Origin: a virus
Lineage: Duplodnaviria; Caudoviricetes
Virus record (IMG/VR): IMGVR_UViG_3300037467_002078
Coordinates: 1 to 53,655 of that record
Reading direction: 5' to 3' (one strand)
DNA length: 53,655 bases
Under the pieces are notes generated by a model. That model did no database searches. It had not been told where the DNA came from and worked only from the letters and a program-made list of their open reading frames with translations. Positions 16,208 to 24,371 of this stretch are shown piece by piece (positions within the stretch are counted from its first letter, which is position 1; every line of letters starts with the position of its first letter). A program made the translations under genes and the position numbers.

Positions 16208-16329
16208 TTCAAAAGGAGGCCCTCCGTGGTCTGACAGCAGTTTCCGACTTGGCGAGATGTCAGATAATCTCGTTTACGTTTAACTGCCCACGAAAGGCCT
16301 CCTTTTGAAGGCCCTGGTTTTGCAGGGCC
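16208..16329 (-). ncRNA. Putative structured RNA: short hairpin plus ~100-nt pseudoknotted domain closed by a 22-bp stem
   Basis: 16208-16229 pairs with 16288-16309 (G-U pairs valid only on minus strand); nested stems and loop pairing; abutting hairpin 16310-16329. Confidence 0.65.
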
Positions 16330-16338
16330 CTCCGGAGA

Positions 16339-17316
16339 TTAAAGCGCTAAGGCTCTTTCCAATGCCTCAGTCTTCAGTGAATCACCGCGACCGTACCACG
16401 CTGAGGCGATCCGGTGGCTGTCGGTCTTCGCCCGAGCATGGTGGTCAACGAACTCGGTAACCGAATTTACCAAACCCCAGGCTGAACCTTCGGCTGAGAC
16501 CAACGTGCCGCCCATGGCCGAACCCTTGAACAAGTCCATGATCTTCTGGAACTGCTTAGACTTGCGCACATCTTCGCCCAAAACCGTGCCGGTGTCCTTC
16601 AGAAGGGCGTCAGTGAAGTCCTCGGCTTTCTCGTTGCTCATGCTCTTGGCAGCAAGCACACGAGCAGCCTTGAGGAAGTCGCCGAAGTGGCCACGTGCAA
16701 GACCCAGTTGGCTCTTGACTTCGTTTGCGTTGAAATGGCTGGTATGGCGGACGACAACTTCACGTTCGGCCTTGCCGGTCAGGGCCATGCTCAGCGTGTT
16801 GTTGCAGACAACGCGGATCGTCGTGAACCGAGCCGTGGTAGCCAGCGTGCCGTCACAGGACGAGCTGAGCAGCAGGTATCCGCCGATCTTGTCCTCGCCC
16901 ACGACGCAAGCCTCTTCGCCGATGGCCGCAAGAGCCCAGAACCGCTTGCCGTCGAACAACGTCCCAGCCGTGTTCAGCGTGTAGCCGTTGGCGTCGGTCA
17001 GGTCGCGGAAGAACTCCAGCACTTCGCCCGGTTGAACGACCTTGTACTTCTTGGACACGATCCCCAGTGCAGCCTTGCTGTCGGAACGGAACAGCACGTG
17101 CGACTCGGGGATGTCATGGAGACCAAGGTCTTCGCCCCTGGACGTAGCGTAGCGCACAACACCGCGTTGAATCGTCCAGTCCATCCCAGCAGCCTGTTTC
17201 CAGACTTCCAAATCGGCGCCGGCCTGGAGCTCTTGTCCAAGACCATGCCATGGGGTTTCGCCTACGTAGGCCATCTCAGCAAACCCATTCTTACGTACGG
17301 TAACGGCAGCAACCAT
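16339..17316 (-). CDS. DUF932 family phage/plasmid-like protein
   Basis: MAYVGETPWHGLG, YKVVQP, TAGTL..GK, SSCDG, TTIRVVCNNTL motifs. Confidence 0.9.
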   Translation of the reverse strand: MVAAVTVRKNGFAEMAYVGETPWHGLGQELQAGADLEVWKQAAGMDWTIQRGVVRYATSRGEDLGLHDIPESHVLFRSDSKAALGIVSKKYKVVQPGEVLEFFRDLTDANGYTLNTAGTLFDGKRFWALAAIGEEACVVGEDKIGGYLLLSSSCDGTLATTARFTTIRVVCNNTLSMALTGKAEREVVVRHTSHFNANEVKSQLGLARGHFGDFLKAARVLAAKSMSNEKAEDFTDALLKDTGTVLGEDVRKSKQFQKIMDLFKGSAMGGTLVSAEGSAWGLVNSVTEFVDHHARAKTDSHRIASAWYGRGDSLKTEALERALAL

Positions 17317-17370
17317 TTTAAATCCTCCTCAGCGAGATTTGATCGAGCAGGATTGCTCGACCGTGAGAAG

Positions 17371-17411
17371 ATTATAGCTCGAATCTAGCGGCTTGTAAAC
17401 AGGTATTTACA
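17371..17411 (-). promoter_or_regulatory. Sigma70-type promoter with palindromic -35 operator
   Basis: TTTACA-N17-TATAAT on minus strand (17399-17371); TGTAAA-caggta-TTTACA; followed by hairpin and GCTGAGGAGG RBS. Confidence 0.88.
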
Positions 17412-17424
17412 AATATTTATGGAA

Positions 17425-17649
17425 TTAGTCGTACCATGCAAAGCCACACTTTTTGCACTTTGTTTCAATAAGCGTATATCCGCCGGCTACGTAAAGATCA
17501 TGGTCGCATTCGCTGACCTGCCTCATGAAGATGAGGTTCTTTTGAGCACGGCTTAGGTCAATTTCAGCCCGCTTGAGAAAATTCTCAGCTTCCACCAAAG
17601 CCTGCGCCACCACGGCCTTCCCATGCTCAGATAGTCCAGCTTTACTCAT
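17425..17649 (-). CDS. Small protein with C-terminal CxH...CxxC zinc-finger-like motif
   Basis: CDHD...KCKKCGF; AGGAGG RBS. Confidence 0.7.
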   Translation of the reverse strand: MSKAGLSEHGKAVVAQALVEAENFLKRAEIDLSRAQKNLIFMRQVSECDHDLYVAGGYTLIETKCKKCGFAWYD

Positions 17650-17666
17650 CCTTCCACCCTCCTTAA

Positions 17667-17846
17667 TTATTCCTCATAGAGAGGACTGTTCTTGATTTCT
17701 CTGATAATCTCGCGCCCTTCCTTAGTGCCGTCCACACAGCAAACTAAAGTCCAGAACGGCCACCAGAACGGCCGCTTCTCTACCACAAAGAGAGCTGTAA
17801 GAACATCCCTACGAATCCTGTACCGCGCCCTGAAAAACTTTTTCAT
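17667..17846 (-). CDS. Hypothetical protein
   Basis: Probable ATG (MKKFFR) overlapping the upstream stop. Confidence 0.6.
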   Translation of the reverse strand: MKKFFRARYRIRRDVLTALFVVEKRPFWWPFWTLVCCVDGTKEGREIIREIKNSPLYEE

Positions 17847-18088
17847 AGTATCACCAACGAGAACTGGCATTTGAAGCACTTATACCGTGGGTATCCACTA
17901 TCATCTGGCTCCACCATTGGATGGAAATCATGGTCACAGGCAGTAACCATCTTCATGTAGGCCATGTAGCTTTCAGCCTGCCTGAGGATAGCCTTCGCAT
18001 TTTCCACGCCCAGAGACGCATGGTCAAACGATCTGTCGATAGCCTTGTTTATATGTACCTTCAATTGTGAATTTAGTGTATCCATCAC
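17843..18088 (-). CDS. Small protein with C-terminal CxH...CxxC zinc-finger-like motif
   Basis: CDHD...KCFKCQF; similar to 17425-17649. Confidence 0.7.
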   Translation of the reverse strand: MMDTLNSQLKVHINKAIDRSFDHASLGVENAKAILRQAESYMAYMKMVTACDHDFHPMVEPDDSGYPRYKCFKCQFSLVIL

Positions 18089-19047
18089 ATGTCCTCCGGG
18101 TGGCGGAAACCCATGAAAACGGGAAAGCGTGGTTTATCCTTCACGCCGTGTGGCTGGTATTTGTACTTCACAATCCGGCCGAAAAACTTTCCTGGGTATT
18201 TCTTGGAGAATTGAATGATGTTTGAAATTCCGCCAAACCCATTCTGTAAATCCACCTCCCGGCACTTCCAAAGCTGTTTTCGAAGATCAGGATCGAACCC
18301 GGTGCCGATGTTGAAGATAACCCCAGTTGTCCAATCGACTACCTCAAGTGAGCCAAGCGCTTCAAGACCTACCATGCCGGCCTTCTTTGTGGATCGCTCG
18401 AGCTGCCCAAGCTCGTTGCGTTCAGCCTCATTGGCGTTGTGCATCAACTCAGTCCCACCGATAATCATAGCATCCGCATCCTTAAACCTTTTCAACTTCA
18501 GCAGATGCCCTTCCTTCGTAGTCGATCGGCCGCACTTGTATGGCCCATCCAAGCTTCGTATCATCAGACCCTCGTACCCTTGCAGCAGATATTCCTGCTC
18601 GGCCTTCGACAGCTCCTCTGGATCGCGAACCCGACGGTGGTGGACAAGCTTGACACGATTTACTAACTTCTGCTTTCGAACCCGGGCGTAGGCGCGATTG
18701 TGGCGTGTTTCAAAATCTAGCCCAAGGTCTGTAAAGTCGTCGAACACCCAGAACGTGGCAGCACTCCGTCCCTCCTTGGACATCACGCCAGATGATGTCT
18801 TTGTGAACACGTCCTCTGCCCTTGGCTCACCAACAATCAACTCGCCGTCCAGGCCGTCCAGCTCTGGTCTGCCGAACATGGTCTGGATGAACTTACTAGG
18901 AATCGGCTTGAGTGATCGACCTACCACGGTACCATTAATAACTAGTGCGCGAATACCGTCCAACTTAGGGCTGACCATCAACGGATATCTTAACTTCTCC
19001 GTGTCCGCCTGCCCGGCAAGCATCGGTTTAAATTCTATTAGTTTCAT
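18085..19047 (-). CDS. ATP-dependent DNA ligase
   Basis: KLDGIR adenylation motif, DGEL, VFD, EGLMIR, LLKLKR, IGTGF, PRFP. Confidence 0.95.
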   Translation of the reverse strand: MKLIEFKPMLAGQADTEKLRYPLMVSPKLDGIRALVINGTVVGRSLKPIPSKFIQTMFGRPELDGLDGELIVGEPRAEDVFTKTSSGVMSKEGRSAATFWVFDDFTDLGLDFETRHNRAYARVRKQKLVNRVKLVHHRRVRDPEELSKAEQEYLLQGYEGLMIRSLDGPYKCGRSTTKEGHLLKLKRFKDADAMIIGGTELMHNANEAERNELGQLERSTKKAGMVGLEALGSLEVVDWTTGVIFNIGTGFDPDLRKQLWKCREVDLQNGFGGISNIIQFSKKYPGKFFGRIVKYKYQPHGVKDKPRFPVFMGFRHPEDM

Positions 19048-19055
19048 GTTGTCTC

Positions 19056-19985
19056 CTACACCGCCACTGGCGCTTTAATCGCTGGATGCGGGTCGTAGCC
19101 TTCGAGGATAAAATCCTCGTATTTAAAATCGAAGATATCCTTGACGGCTGGGTTAAGGTGCATCCTGGGAAGGTTTCTCGGCCGCCTCGTGAGCTGTTCC
19201 AAGGCTTGATTGTAGTGGTTGCGATAAACGTGCGCGTCACCTAGAGTGTGGATAAATTCGCCAGGGACTGTATTTGTCACTTGTGCGACCATCATGGTAA
19301 GCAACGCGTATGACGCAATGTTGAACGGCACACCAAGAAAGATATCCGCGCTACGTTGATACAGCTGGCAGTCCAGCATCCTTGACGGAGCACCGACGGT
19401 GTCCATATAGTTGATGGCGTGACTAGTGGTGCTCCATACCCAATTGAGCTCGCGCTTCTTATCCGGGTCAAAAAATTTCCAACGCTCCGCGAACGTCATC
19501 GGCCGCGTGTTGAACTGAAACATCACATGGCATGGCGGCAAAGCCATCTCATCAATTAATCCAACATTCCATGAAGAAACAATCAAACGGCGGGAATCTG
19601 GGCTATCCTTGATCTGGTCGATTACCTGCGAAATTTGGTCAATGCCGCGCGTGTCAGCTGCCCTAGCGCCTCTGATATCAGGCCAGCTCCGCCACTGGGC
19701 TCCATAAATTGGCCCGAGGTCTCCATGCTTGTCTGCCCACTCGTCCCAAATGGTTACTCCGTTATCGTTCAGATACTTGATGTTCGTGCTGCCCTTAAGA
19801 AACCACAGCAGCTCATGAATGACGGACTTCAGGTGAATCTTCTTTGTCGTCAACAGTGGGAAGCCATCTTGCAAATTAAACCGCAGCTGGCGGCCGAACA
19901 CTGAGAAGGTGCCAGTGCCAGTGCGATCTTCCTTAATCGTTCCAGAACTCAAGACCTCACTGAGTAAACCAAGATATTGTTTCAT
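19056..19985 (-). CDS. thyA: Thymidylate synthase (canonical, dUMP-specific)
   Basis: [51 protein letters not shown]. Confidence 0.97.
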   Translation of the reverse strand: MKQYLGLLSEVLSSGTIKEDRTGTGTFSVFGRQLRFNLQDGFPLLTTKKIHLKSVIHELLWFLKGSTNIKYLNDNGVTIWDEWADKHGDLGPIYGAQWRSWPDIRGARAADTRGIDQISQVIDQIKDSPDSRRLIVSSWNVGLIDEMALPPCHVMFQFNTRPMTFAERWKFFDPDKKRELNWVWSTTSHAINYMDTVGAPSRMLDCQLYQRSADIFLGVPFNIASYALLTMMVAQVTNTVPGEFIHTLGDAHVYRNHYNQALEQLTRRPRNLPRMHLNPAVKDIFDFKYEDFILEGYDPHPAIKAPVAV

Positions 19986-20269
19986 AGCAAATACTCCATT
20001 TTTAGGTTTGTTATAGCTAGCGATAACCCTTCTGCCCTTACCTTGTCCCCTGTAAGGGAGACGTTTAGTTCATCAAGGCCTTTTTGTGTAGTGTAAATAA
20101 CGCCGCCAGGAAACTGAAAATACGGTTCCCTAGTACCAAAGAACTCGAGCAACCACTGATTAAATTCGGCGCGGAACTTATCTGAGCAGGGGACGTTCCT
20201 GGATAACTCCATTCTAGGAACAGGATGAAGGTGCTGTGAGACAACGATATCAATCCCAGAAATTCTCAC
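19982..20269 (-). CDS. Hypothetical protein
   Basis: Coupled overlaps at both ends. Confidence 0.7.
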   Translation of the reverse strand: MRISGIDIVVSQHLHPVPRMELSRNVPCSDKFRAEFNQWLLEFFGTREPYFQFPGGVIYTTQKGLDELNVSLTGDKVRAEGLSLAITNLKMEYLL

Positions 20270-20517
20270 GTTGATCCTCCTTTCAAGAATCTCTTTACTT
20301 TGTCCACAATCGACTTGAAGAATTGGATAACTTTACCGAAGAAACCCAAAGATTTTTGCTCGTCTTTCGGCGTATAGAAAAGAGCTTCAACTATCTCGGG
20401 CAACCTCTTCTGAAGTTCTTCTTCAGATAGTCCTGCTTGATAAAACTTTCGAAGCAGCTCATGCTGTGTTCCAGCTTCCTTCGCCCGCTTGCACTCATCC
20501 AATGATGGGATAGTCAT
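20266..20517 (-). CDS. Hypothetical protein
   Basis: In operon, overlapping neighbours. Confidence 0.65.
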   Translation of the reverse strand: MTIPSLDECKRAKEAGTQHELLRKFYQAGLSEEELQKRLPEIVEALFYTPKDEQKSLGFFGKVIQFFKSIVDKVKRFLKGGST

Positions 20518-20972
20518 TTAGCCACCCAACTAAATAAAGCCTCCAAATCCTTCACCACTTCAATATGAAGGTTATCCAGAACATCATAAATCTGATTTCT
20601 AGTAGAAGCTGCCTTAAGCATCCCGCAGCCGAGAGTCTTGCGAATTTCCCTTAGCCCGATCTTTTCGCCGCAGTATGATCTAACGATGAGGCAAATTCCT
20701 CTGCGCGTAGATTCGTTATTAGATATACCCACCAAGTGATCCACCAACATCTCTAGGCTGGAGGATTCCCGACCGAACATCAGATCAATGTAGGCCATAC
20801 GCATTGGGGGCATATGACGCCTGCATAGATCGATTATCGATACCGCTTGGACATGTCTGTCGTAGGCGCTTAACCCGTTGAATACTCCGGTAATCTTCTC
20901 AACTACTGATGCGCACATGATAGGTTTGCTTCTGTGCTCATATGCCCACCTAAGGGTGTCTTCAATAGTCAT
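20514..20972 (-). CDS. Hypothetical protein, possible C-terminal HTH
   Basis: IGLREIRKTLGCG HTH-like segment; coupled overlaps. Confidence 0.65.
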   Translation of the reverse strand: MTIEDTLRWAYEHRSKPIMCASVVEKITGVFNGLSAYDRHVQAVSIIDLCRRHMPPMRMAYIDLMFGRESSSLEMLVDHLVGISNNESTRRGICLIVRSYCGEKIGLREIRKTLGCGMLKAASTRNQIYDVLDNLHIEVVKDLEALFSWVAK

Positions 20973-21298
20973 ACTTCTCCCTCTTTAAGAACTTTCATGT
21001 GATAACGAAGTTCTACTCGCTTCGCAGCTTCCACTACCTTTTGAGGTGACGCGATCTTCATCAGCTCGATGCCGATTGCTACCATCGTTTCGAGGTGCGC
21101 CCTTTGATCGTCGCCCCAGCCAATAAGCTCAGCAACGCACTGCTTCAGGCGGTCGTCCTTCAGGGTAGCCGTCTTCTCGACGAGATACTCTAAATCCTCA
21201 CGAGATAGGTTGCCGCGACCCTGAAGTGCTTCTTTCAATAATGCCGAAGCTGCTTGCACCAAGGCCAACTTCGCGGACTCTTTGGTTCTTTGGCTCAT
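20969..21298 (-). CDS. Hypothetical protein
   Basis: GGAGGAG RBS, coupled overlaps. Confidence 0.7.
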   Translation of the reverse strand: MSQRTKESAKLALVQAASALLKEALQGRGNLSREDLEYLVEKTATLKDDRLKQCVAELIGWGDDQRAHLETMVAIGIELMKIASPQKVVEAAKRVELRYHMKVLKEGEV

Positions 21299-22074
21299 TT
21301 CTCCTCCAGTGCTTCTTCTAGATCGGCAATAAGCGGAAGCAACGTATCGATATTCCCTTCAAAGTGCTTCCACGCAGATATTTCCCTTGCAGCCTGCCTC
21401 AATTTATCGGATTGTGGACGAGTGTAGAGCGTTCGTTGCGGGTAGGCTCCTACTCCAGAATCAGGTCTAGGGTGAAAGTCCACCCAGAAGCCCGTTGGAA
21501 GTTGGAACTGATGGATCGGCTCAACCTCTTGCGCGTCAAATTGTGGGTGAGTGTAGAGTTTTGCGCCAATATCAAATGGGCATCTCCCATTCAGAATAGG
21601 GAAAAATCGAATCGTTGCCGTCAGGTCGATTTCCCTGTAAGAAGTTACTTCGGCCACCGGCCCAGCCTCCTGCTCTGGCGGTTTCGTAGCCGCCCTCCTC
21701 TGGTGGAGCATCATCGCGAAATTTCCCACATCTACCGGATCACCCTTCTCAATGTGATCCACCAGACGTTTCTGAAGAAACTCAATTGAGCATACTGCCT
21801 CGTCATTCCAGCCGCCATAACCTTGCTTTCGCTTTTCTGCGAGCTTGGCTTTCATGGCCTCGCCGAACCGATCTACAGCCTCATCGTCAGAATGCTGCGC
21901 TGGCGGTATCGGGGCGGCTGCGAGTGCCGTTGCAGTCTCGATTAGTTCCCTAGCAAAGCTGTACACGTATGGGTTTAAGTCCATCGTCCCGTCAGGCTGC
22001 TCCTTATATTTGAAGCCATGTGCGAGCGCGATAGTCCTTACCTCTGCGTCAGTCAACCTTGAGAACTCGTTCAT
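21295..22074 (-). CDS. Mosaic phage accessory protein
   Basis: DDEAVDRF..AMKAKLA.KR..G..GW and KGDPVDVGNFAMML segments plus repeated LYTHP/LYTRP segments common in phage accessory genes. Confidence 0.75.
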   Translation of the reverse strand: MNEFSRLTDAEVRTIALAHGFKYKEQPDGTMDLNPYVYSFARELIETATALAAAPIPPAQHSDDEAVDRFGEAMKAKLAEKRKQGYGGWNDEAVCSIEFLQKRLVDHIEKGDPVDVGNFAMMLHQRRAATKPPEQEAGPVAEVTSYREIDLTATIRFFPILNGRCPFDIGAKLYTHPQFDAQEVEPIHQFQLPTGFWVDFHPRPDSGVGAYPQRTLYTRPQSDKLRQAAREISAWKHFEGNIDTLLPLIADLEEALEEK

Positions 22075-22457
22075 TTCGTCTCCTTCATTGCTGCGTCGAT
22101 GGCTTCACGGATTGGCAACCCGCCCATGATGATTCCCCTAACAGATAGGTTGCCAACAGGAGCTACGTTCACTTTCCAGCCCATACTGAAATCCTTGTTA
22201 CTATCTAAGAAGTCCAACCGCTCCGCATCCTTCCGCAGCTTCTCCACTTCAGCCTTGAGCGCTTTATTCTCGTTTATCAGATATATGACACTATTTCTTG
22301 AATTGTCGCGCTCGTTGGTAAGCATGAAGTTTTCAGACTTCAACTCATCAATCTCAGGCTGGCGAGCGTACCAACCCTCACAGGCCGCCCTATTGGTGTC
22401 GCTAAAAGGAACTTGATTTATCTGTGTAGTTGCGACCCACTCTTCGAATGTTTTCAT
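22071..22457 (-). CDS. Hypothetical coiled-coil protein
   Basis: LRKDAERLDFL...REAIDAAM pattern. Confidence 0.7.
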   Translation of the reverse strand: MKTFEEWVATTQINQVPFSDTNRAACEGWYARQPEIDELKSENFMLTNERDNSRNSVIYLINENKALKAEVEKLRKDAERLDFLDSNKDFSMGWKVNVAPVGNLSVRGIIMGGLPIREAIDAAMKETK

Positions 22458-23038
22458 TTGGTAACATCCTTCCAGTCATGTGACTTGACTACCTTATTCT
22501 TCCATAGAACAGGCTCCAGGTCATATGGTAAATATAGCGGATGGGCGGGTGTTCCGTTCCTGTTCATCTTGAGGTAGTGAACTTTGCTTGGGTACCGGTT
22601 CTGGAGTAGCCGTTGCACTCCAATTCCTCGATTGAAAAGGTCTCCGTGCGCGCCCCAACCGCAGATAATCATAGATGCCTTAGACGTTGCCTTAGCAATC
22701 CACTCATTGTTATCGACGCCAACCGGATCGGGGTGGCGATAGAGAACGGCTGGGGTTGATGTCCTCAGTGCAAACAGGTTGACGATCTCTATCCCACCAA
22801 ACCCTAGCTGCTTTGCACGTTCCACGCACCGCATAACCGTCGGGTCAGGTATTTCGTGGGTGGCGGTTGACGGGTTCAGCAAGACGTAGCACACAATCGG
22901 CTTGAGTGCGTTCCACACCCGCCAGAGCGAGTAGCGGTGCTGGTTAGATGATGAAAAGACTGCGCCACTCTCTACGGTACCCATGATGCATGAGAGGTCG
23001 ATGAGTTTATCTTTACTGGGCGTCGTCCAATCAGGCAT
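22454..23038 (-). CDS. DUF1643-domain protein
   Basis: HRYSLWRVW, LLNPSTA, DPT..RC, VNLFALR.T.P, CGWG, PAHPLY; GGAGG RBS before ATG 23038. Confidence 0.85.
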   Translation of the reverse strand: MPDWTTPSKDKLIDLSCIMGTVESGAVFSSSNQHRYSLWRVWNALKPIVCYVLLNPSTATHEIPDPTVMRCVERAKQLGFGGIEIVNLFALRTSTPAVLYRHPDPVGVDNNEWIAKATSKASMIICGWGAHGDLFNRGIGVQRLLQNRYPSKVHYLKMNRNGTPAHPLYLPYDLEPVLWKNKVVKSHDWKDVTK

Positions 23039-23207
23039 CACGGCCTCCTTTAAGGAGACGCTTCTCTTCGATCTCAGCCACGATCTTCTTGGCAATTTCA
23101 AAATCATTCTCGATCCTGCGTTCAAGTTCCCAGCAGGAATCACACAAATCAGCCATGCGCCCAGGAGTCTCCTCCTCGTTGCACAGCCTGCATAGTTTCA
23201 CATCCAT
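23031..23207 (-). CDS. Small zinc-finger protein (58 aa; not in the ORF track)
   Basis: MDVKLCRLC...LCDSCWELE...; GGAGGAG RBS. Confidence 0.65.
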   Translation of the reverse strand: MDVKLCRLCNEEETPGRMADLCDSCWELERRIENDFEIAKKIVAEIEEKRLLKGGRDA

Positions 23208-23217
23208 ACTCTCCTCC

Positions 23218-23499
23218 CTATTTCTTGCGTATCTTAATCTGGCAGATGCAAGTAGTCTTGATTACGCTAAAGCCCAGTGCAACGTCGATATACCCAGTTC
23301 CGTTGCATTTGCTACAGCCTGATGAAACAACCTCAGCAAGTTTCAACGCCTCCTCGAAGGCGACGGTCAATTCCTGGAATTGCTGGTCTGTGCCACCACG
23401 ATCCGGGTGGTGGATCATGCAAAGCTTCCGCCAGGCCTGCTTCACCTCAAGCTTCGTAGCCGACGGAGACAAGCCCAGCTTTTGGAAGCAATCGCTCAT
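23218..23499 (-). CDS. J-domain (DnaJ-like) protein with zinc-finger repeat
   Basis: LGL...VKQAWRKL...HHPDRGG J-domain; CSKCNGTG...CIC. Confidence 0.85.
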   Translation of the reverse strand: MSDCFQKLGLSPSATKLEVKQAWRKLCMIHHPDRGGTDQQFQELTVAFEEALKLAEVVSSGCSKCNGTGYIDVALGFSVIKTTCICQIKIRKK

Positions 23500-23615
23500 A
23501 AAACGCTCCACCCCAGCATGAACAGGTTATAGACGATCTTCACGGTAAAACCGAGACCGATCCAAGTGAACGCGATAAAGACGACAGAGGCGATCCCGTA
23601 AGCGACAATTTTCAT
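23496..23615 (-). CDS. Small membrane protein (39 aa; not in the ORF track)
   Basis: MKIVAYGIASVVFIAFTWIGLGF...; ATGA overlaps at both ends. Confidence 0.55.
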   Translation of the reverse strand: MKIVAYGIASVVFIAFTWIGLGFTVKIVYNLFMLGWSVL

Positions 23616-23953
23616 TCCTCACCTGCGTCGTTTTCGTAGATGAGAGCGGCGCCGGCGTAGACAATCGCACCAAGCGCCTCGTTGATGAACTGCTCGCCTT
23701 CCATGGTCGAAGCGGCCTCTTCCAACTTCTTTGCCGCTTGGCCAGTCAAGAACCCACGACCGTGCAGCTTGGCGTAATGAAAGAGCGGCTGCTCCTTGAA
23801 CGGCACCGTGGCACCGCCGTGGCGTTCACCCTTGCCATACATGGCTTGGCGGATGGCGTTCATAAGAACTGGGTAGAGGGGATGCTCCATGAGAGCGACG
23901 TCAGAATCCACCTTTATCTTCAAAGGCGCTTTTGGTGTCGGCTTTGTGGCCAT
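23612..23953 (-). CDS. Hypothetical protein
   Basis: AGGAG RBS inside a TGTAAA-N6-TTTACA palindrome. Confidence 0.75.
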   Translation of the reverse strand: MATKPTPKAPLKIKVDSDVALMEHPLYPVLMNAIRQAMYGKGERHGGATVPFKEQPLFHYAKLHGRGFLTGQAAKKLEEAASTMEGEQFINEALGAIVYAGAALIYENDAGEE

Positions 23954-23978
23954 GTAAACTCCTATTTACAGTAGTGTG

Positions 23979-24015
23979 AAAAATAAAGGCCCGGGGAGTT
24001 TATGCCGCGGGCCTT
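23979..24015 (-). terminator. Intrinsic terminator
   Basis: AAGGCCCG...CGGGCCTT stem followed by TATTTTT on minus strand. Confidence 0.65.
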
Positions 24016-24038
24016 CTATCGATGCCGGTTCAGAAGAA

Positions 24039-24242
24039 TTAAGCTGCTTCTTTGAGCGCTGCCGTCACGGCCTTCAGGGTCGTGGCAACGATGTTGCGAG
24101 TGGCTTTGTCCTCGGTTTCCTTGTTGGCTTCAACTTGAGCTTTGACCACATCCAAAGCGCGCTTGCGCTCGGCAGTCACAGCCTTCTTCACTTCCTTCTC
24201 GACCAGCGCTACGACCTTGGGGTCGTCTTTCAGGTTTGCCAT
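24039..24242 (-). CDS. Small Ala/Lys-rich helical protein
   Basis: GGAG RBS before ATG 24242; has its own promoter and terminator. Confidence 0.7.
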   Translation of the reverse strand: MANLKDDPKVVALVEKEVKKAVTAERKRALDVVKAQVEANKETEDKATRNIVATTLKAVTAALKEAA

Positions 24243-24334
24243 TTCTGTCTCCATTTTCTTAGTTGGTAAATTTGCCTTTCGGCCTTTCTCTCGTGCTTCG
24301 GGTCTCACCCTCAGCGGTTTTTGCAGCAGATTGA

Positions 24335-24363
24335 ATTCTATCTCGATCAGTACAAACCGTAAA
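24335..24363 (-). promoter_or_regulatory. Sigma70-type promoter
   Basis: TTTACG-N17-TAGAAT on minus strand. Confidence 0.7.
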
Positions 24364-24371
24364 CAACTAAT

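Noticed and set aside
16505-17388. Long plus-strand ORFs opposite DUF932 (also those opposite MCP, portal, scaffold, TMP and the fibre gene)
   Set aside because: Antisense shadows of well-supported genes with biased codon usage; no RBS or recognisable motifs
19380-19510. ~40-aa insertion in ThyA as an intein or intron
   Set aside because: Too short, in frame, no splicing motifs; loop insertions here occur in ordinary ThyA variants
24270-24317. Hammerhead ribozyme suggested by CUGA and GGCCGAAAGGC
   Set aside because: The CUGANGA-stem-GAAA core is not in the required order and spacing
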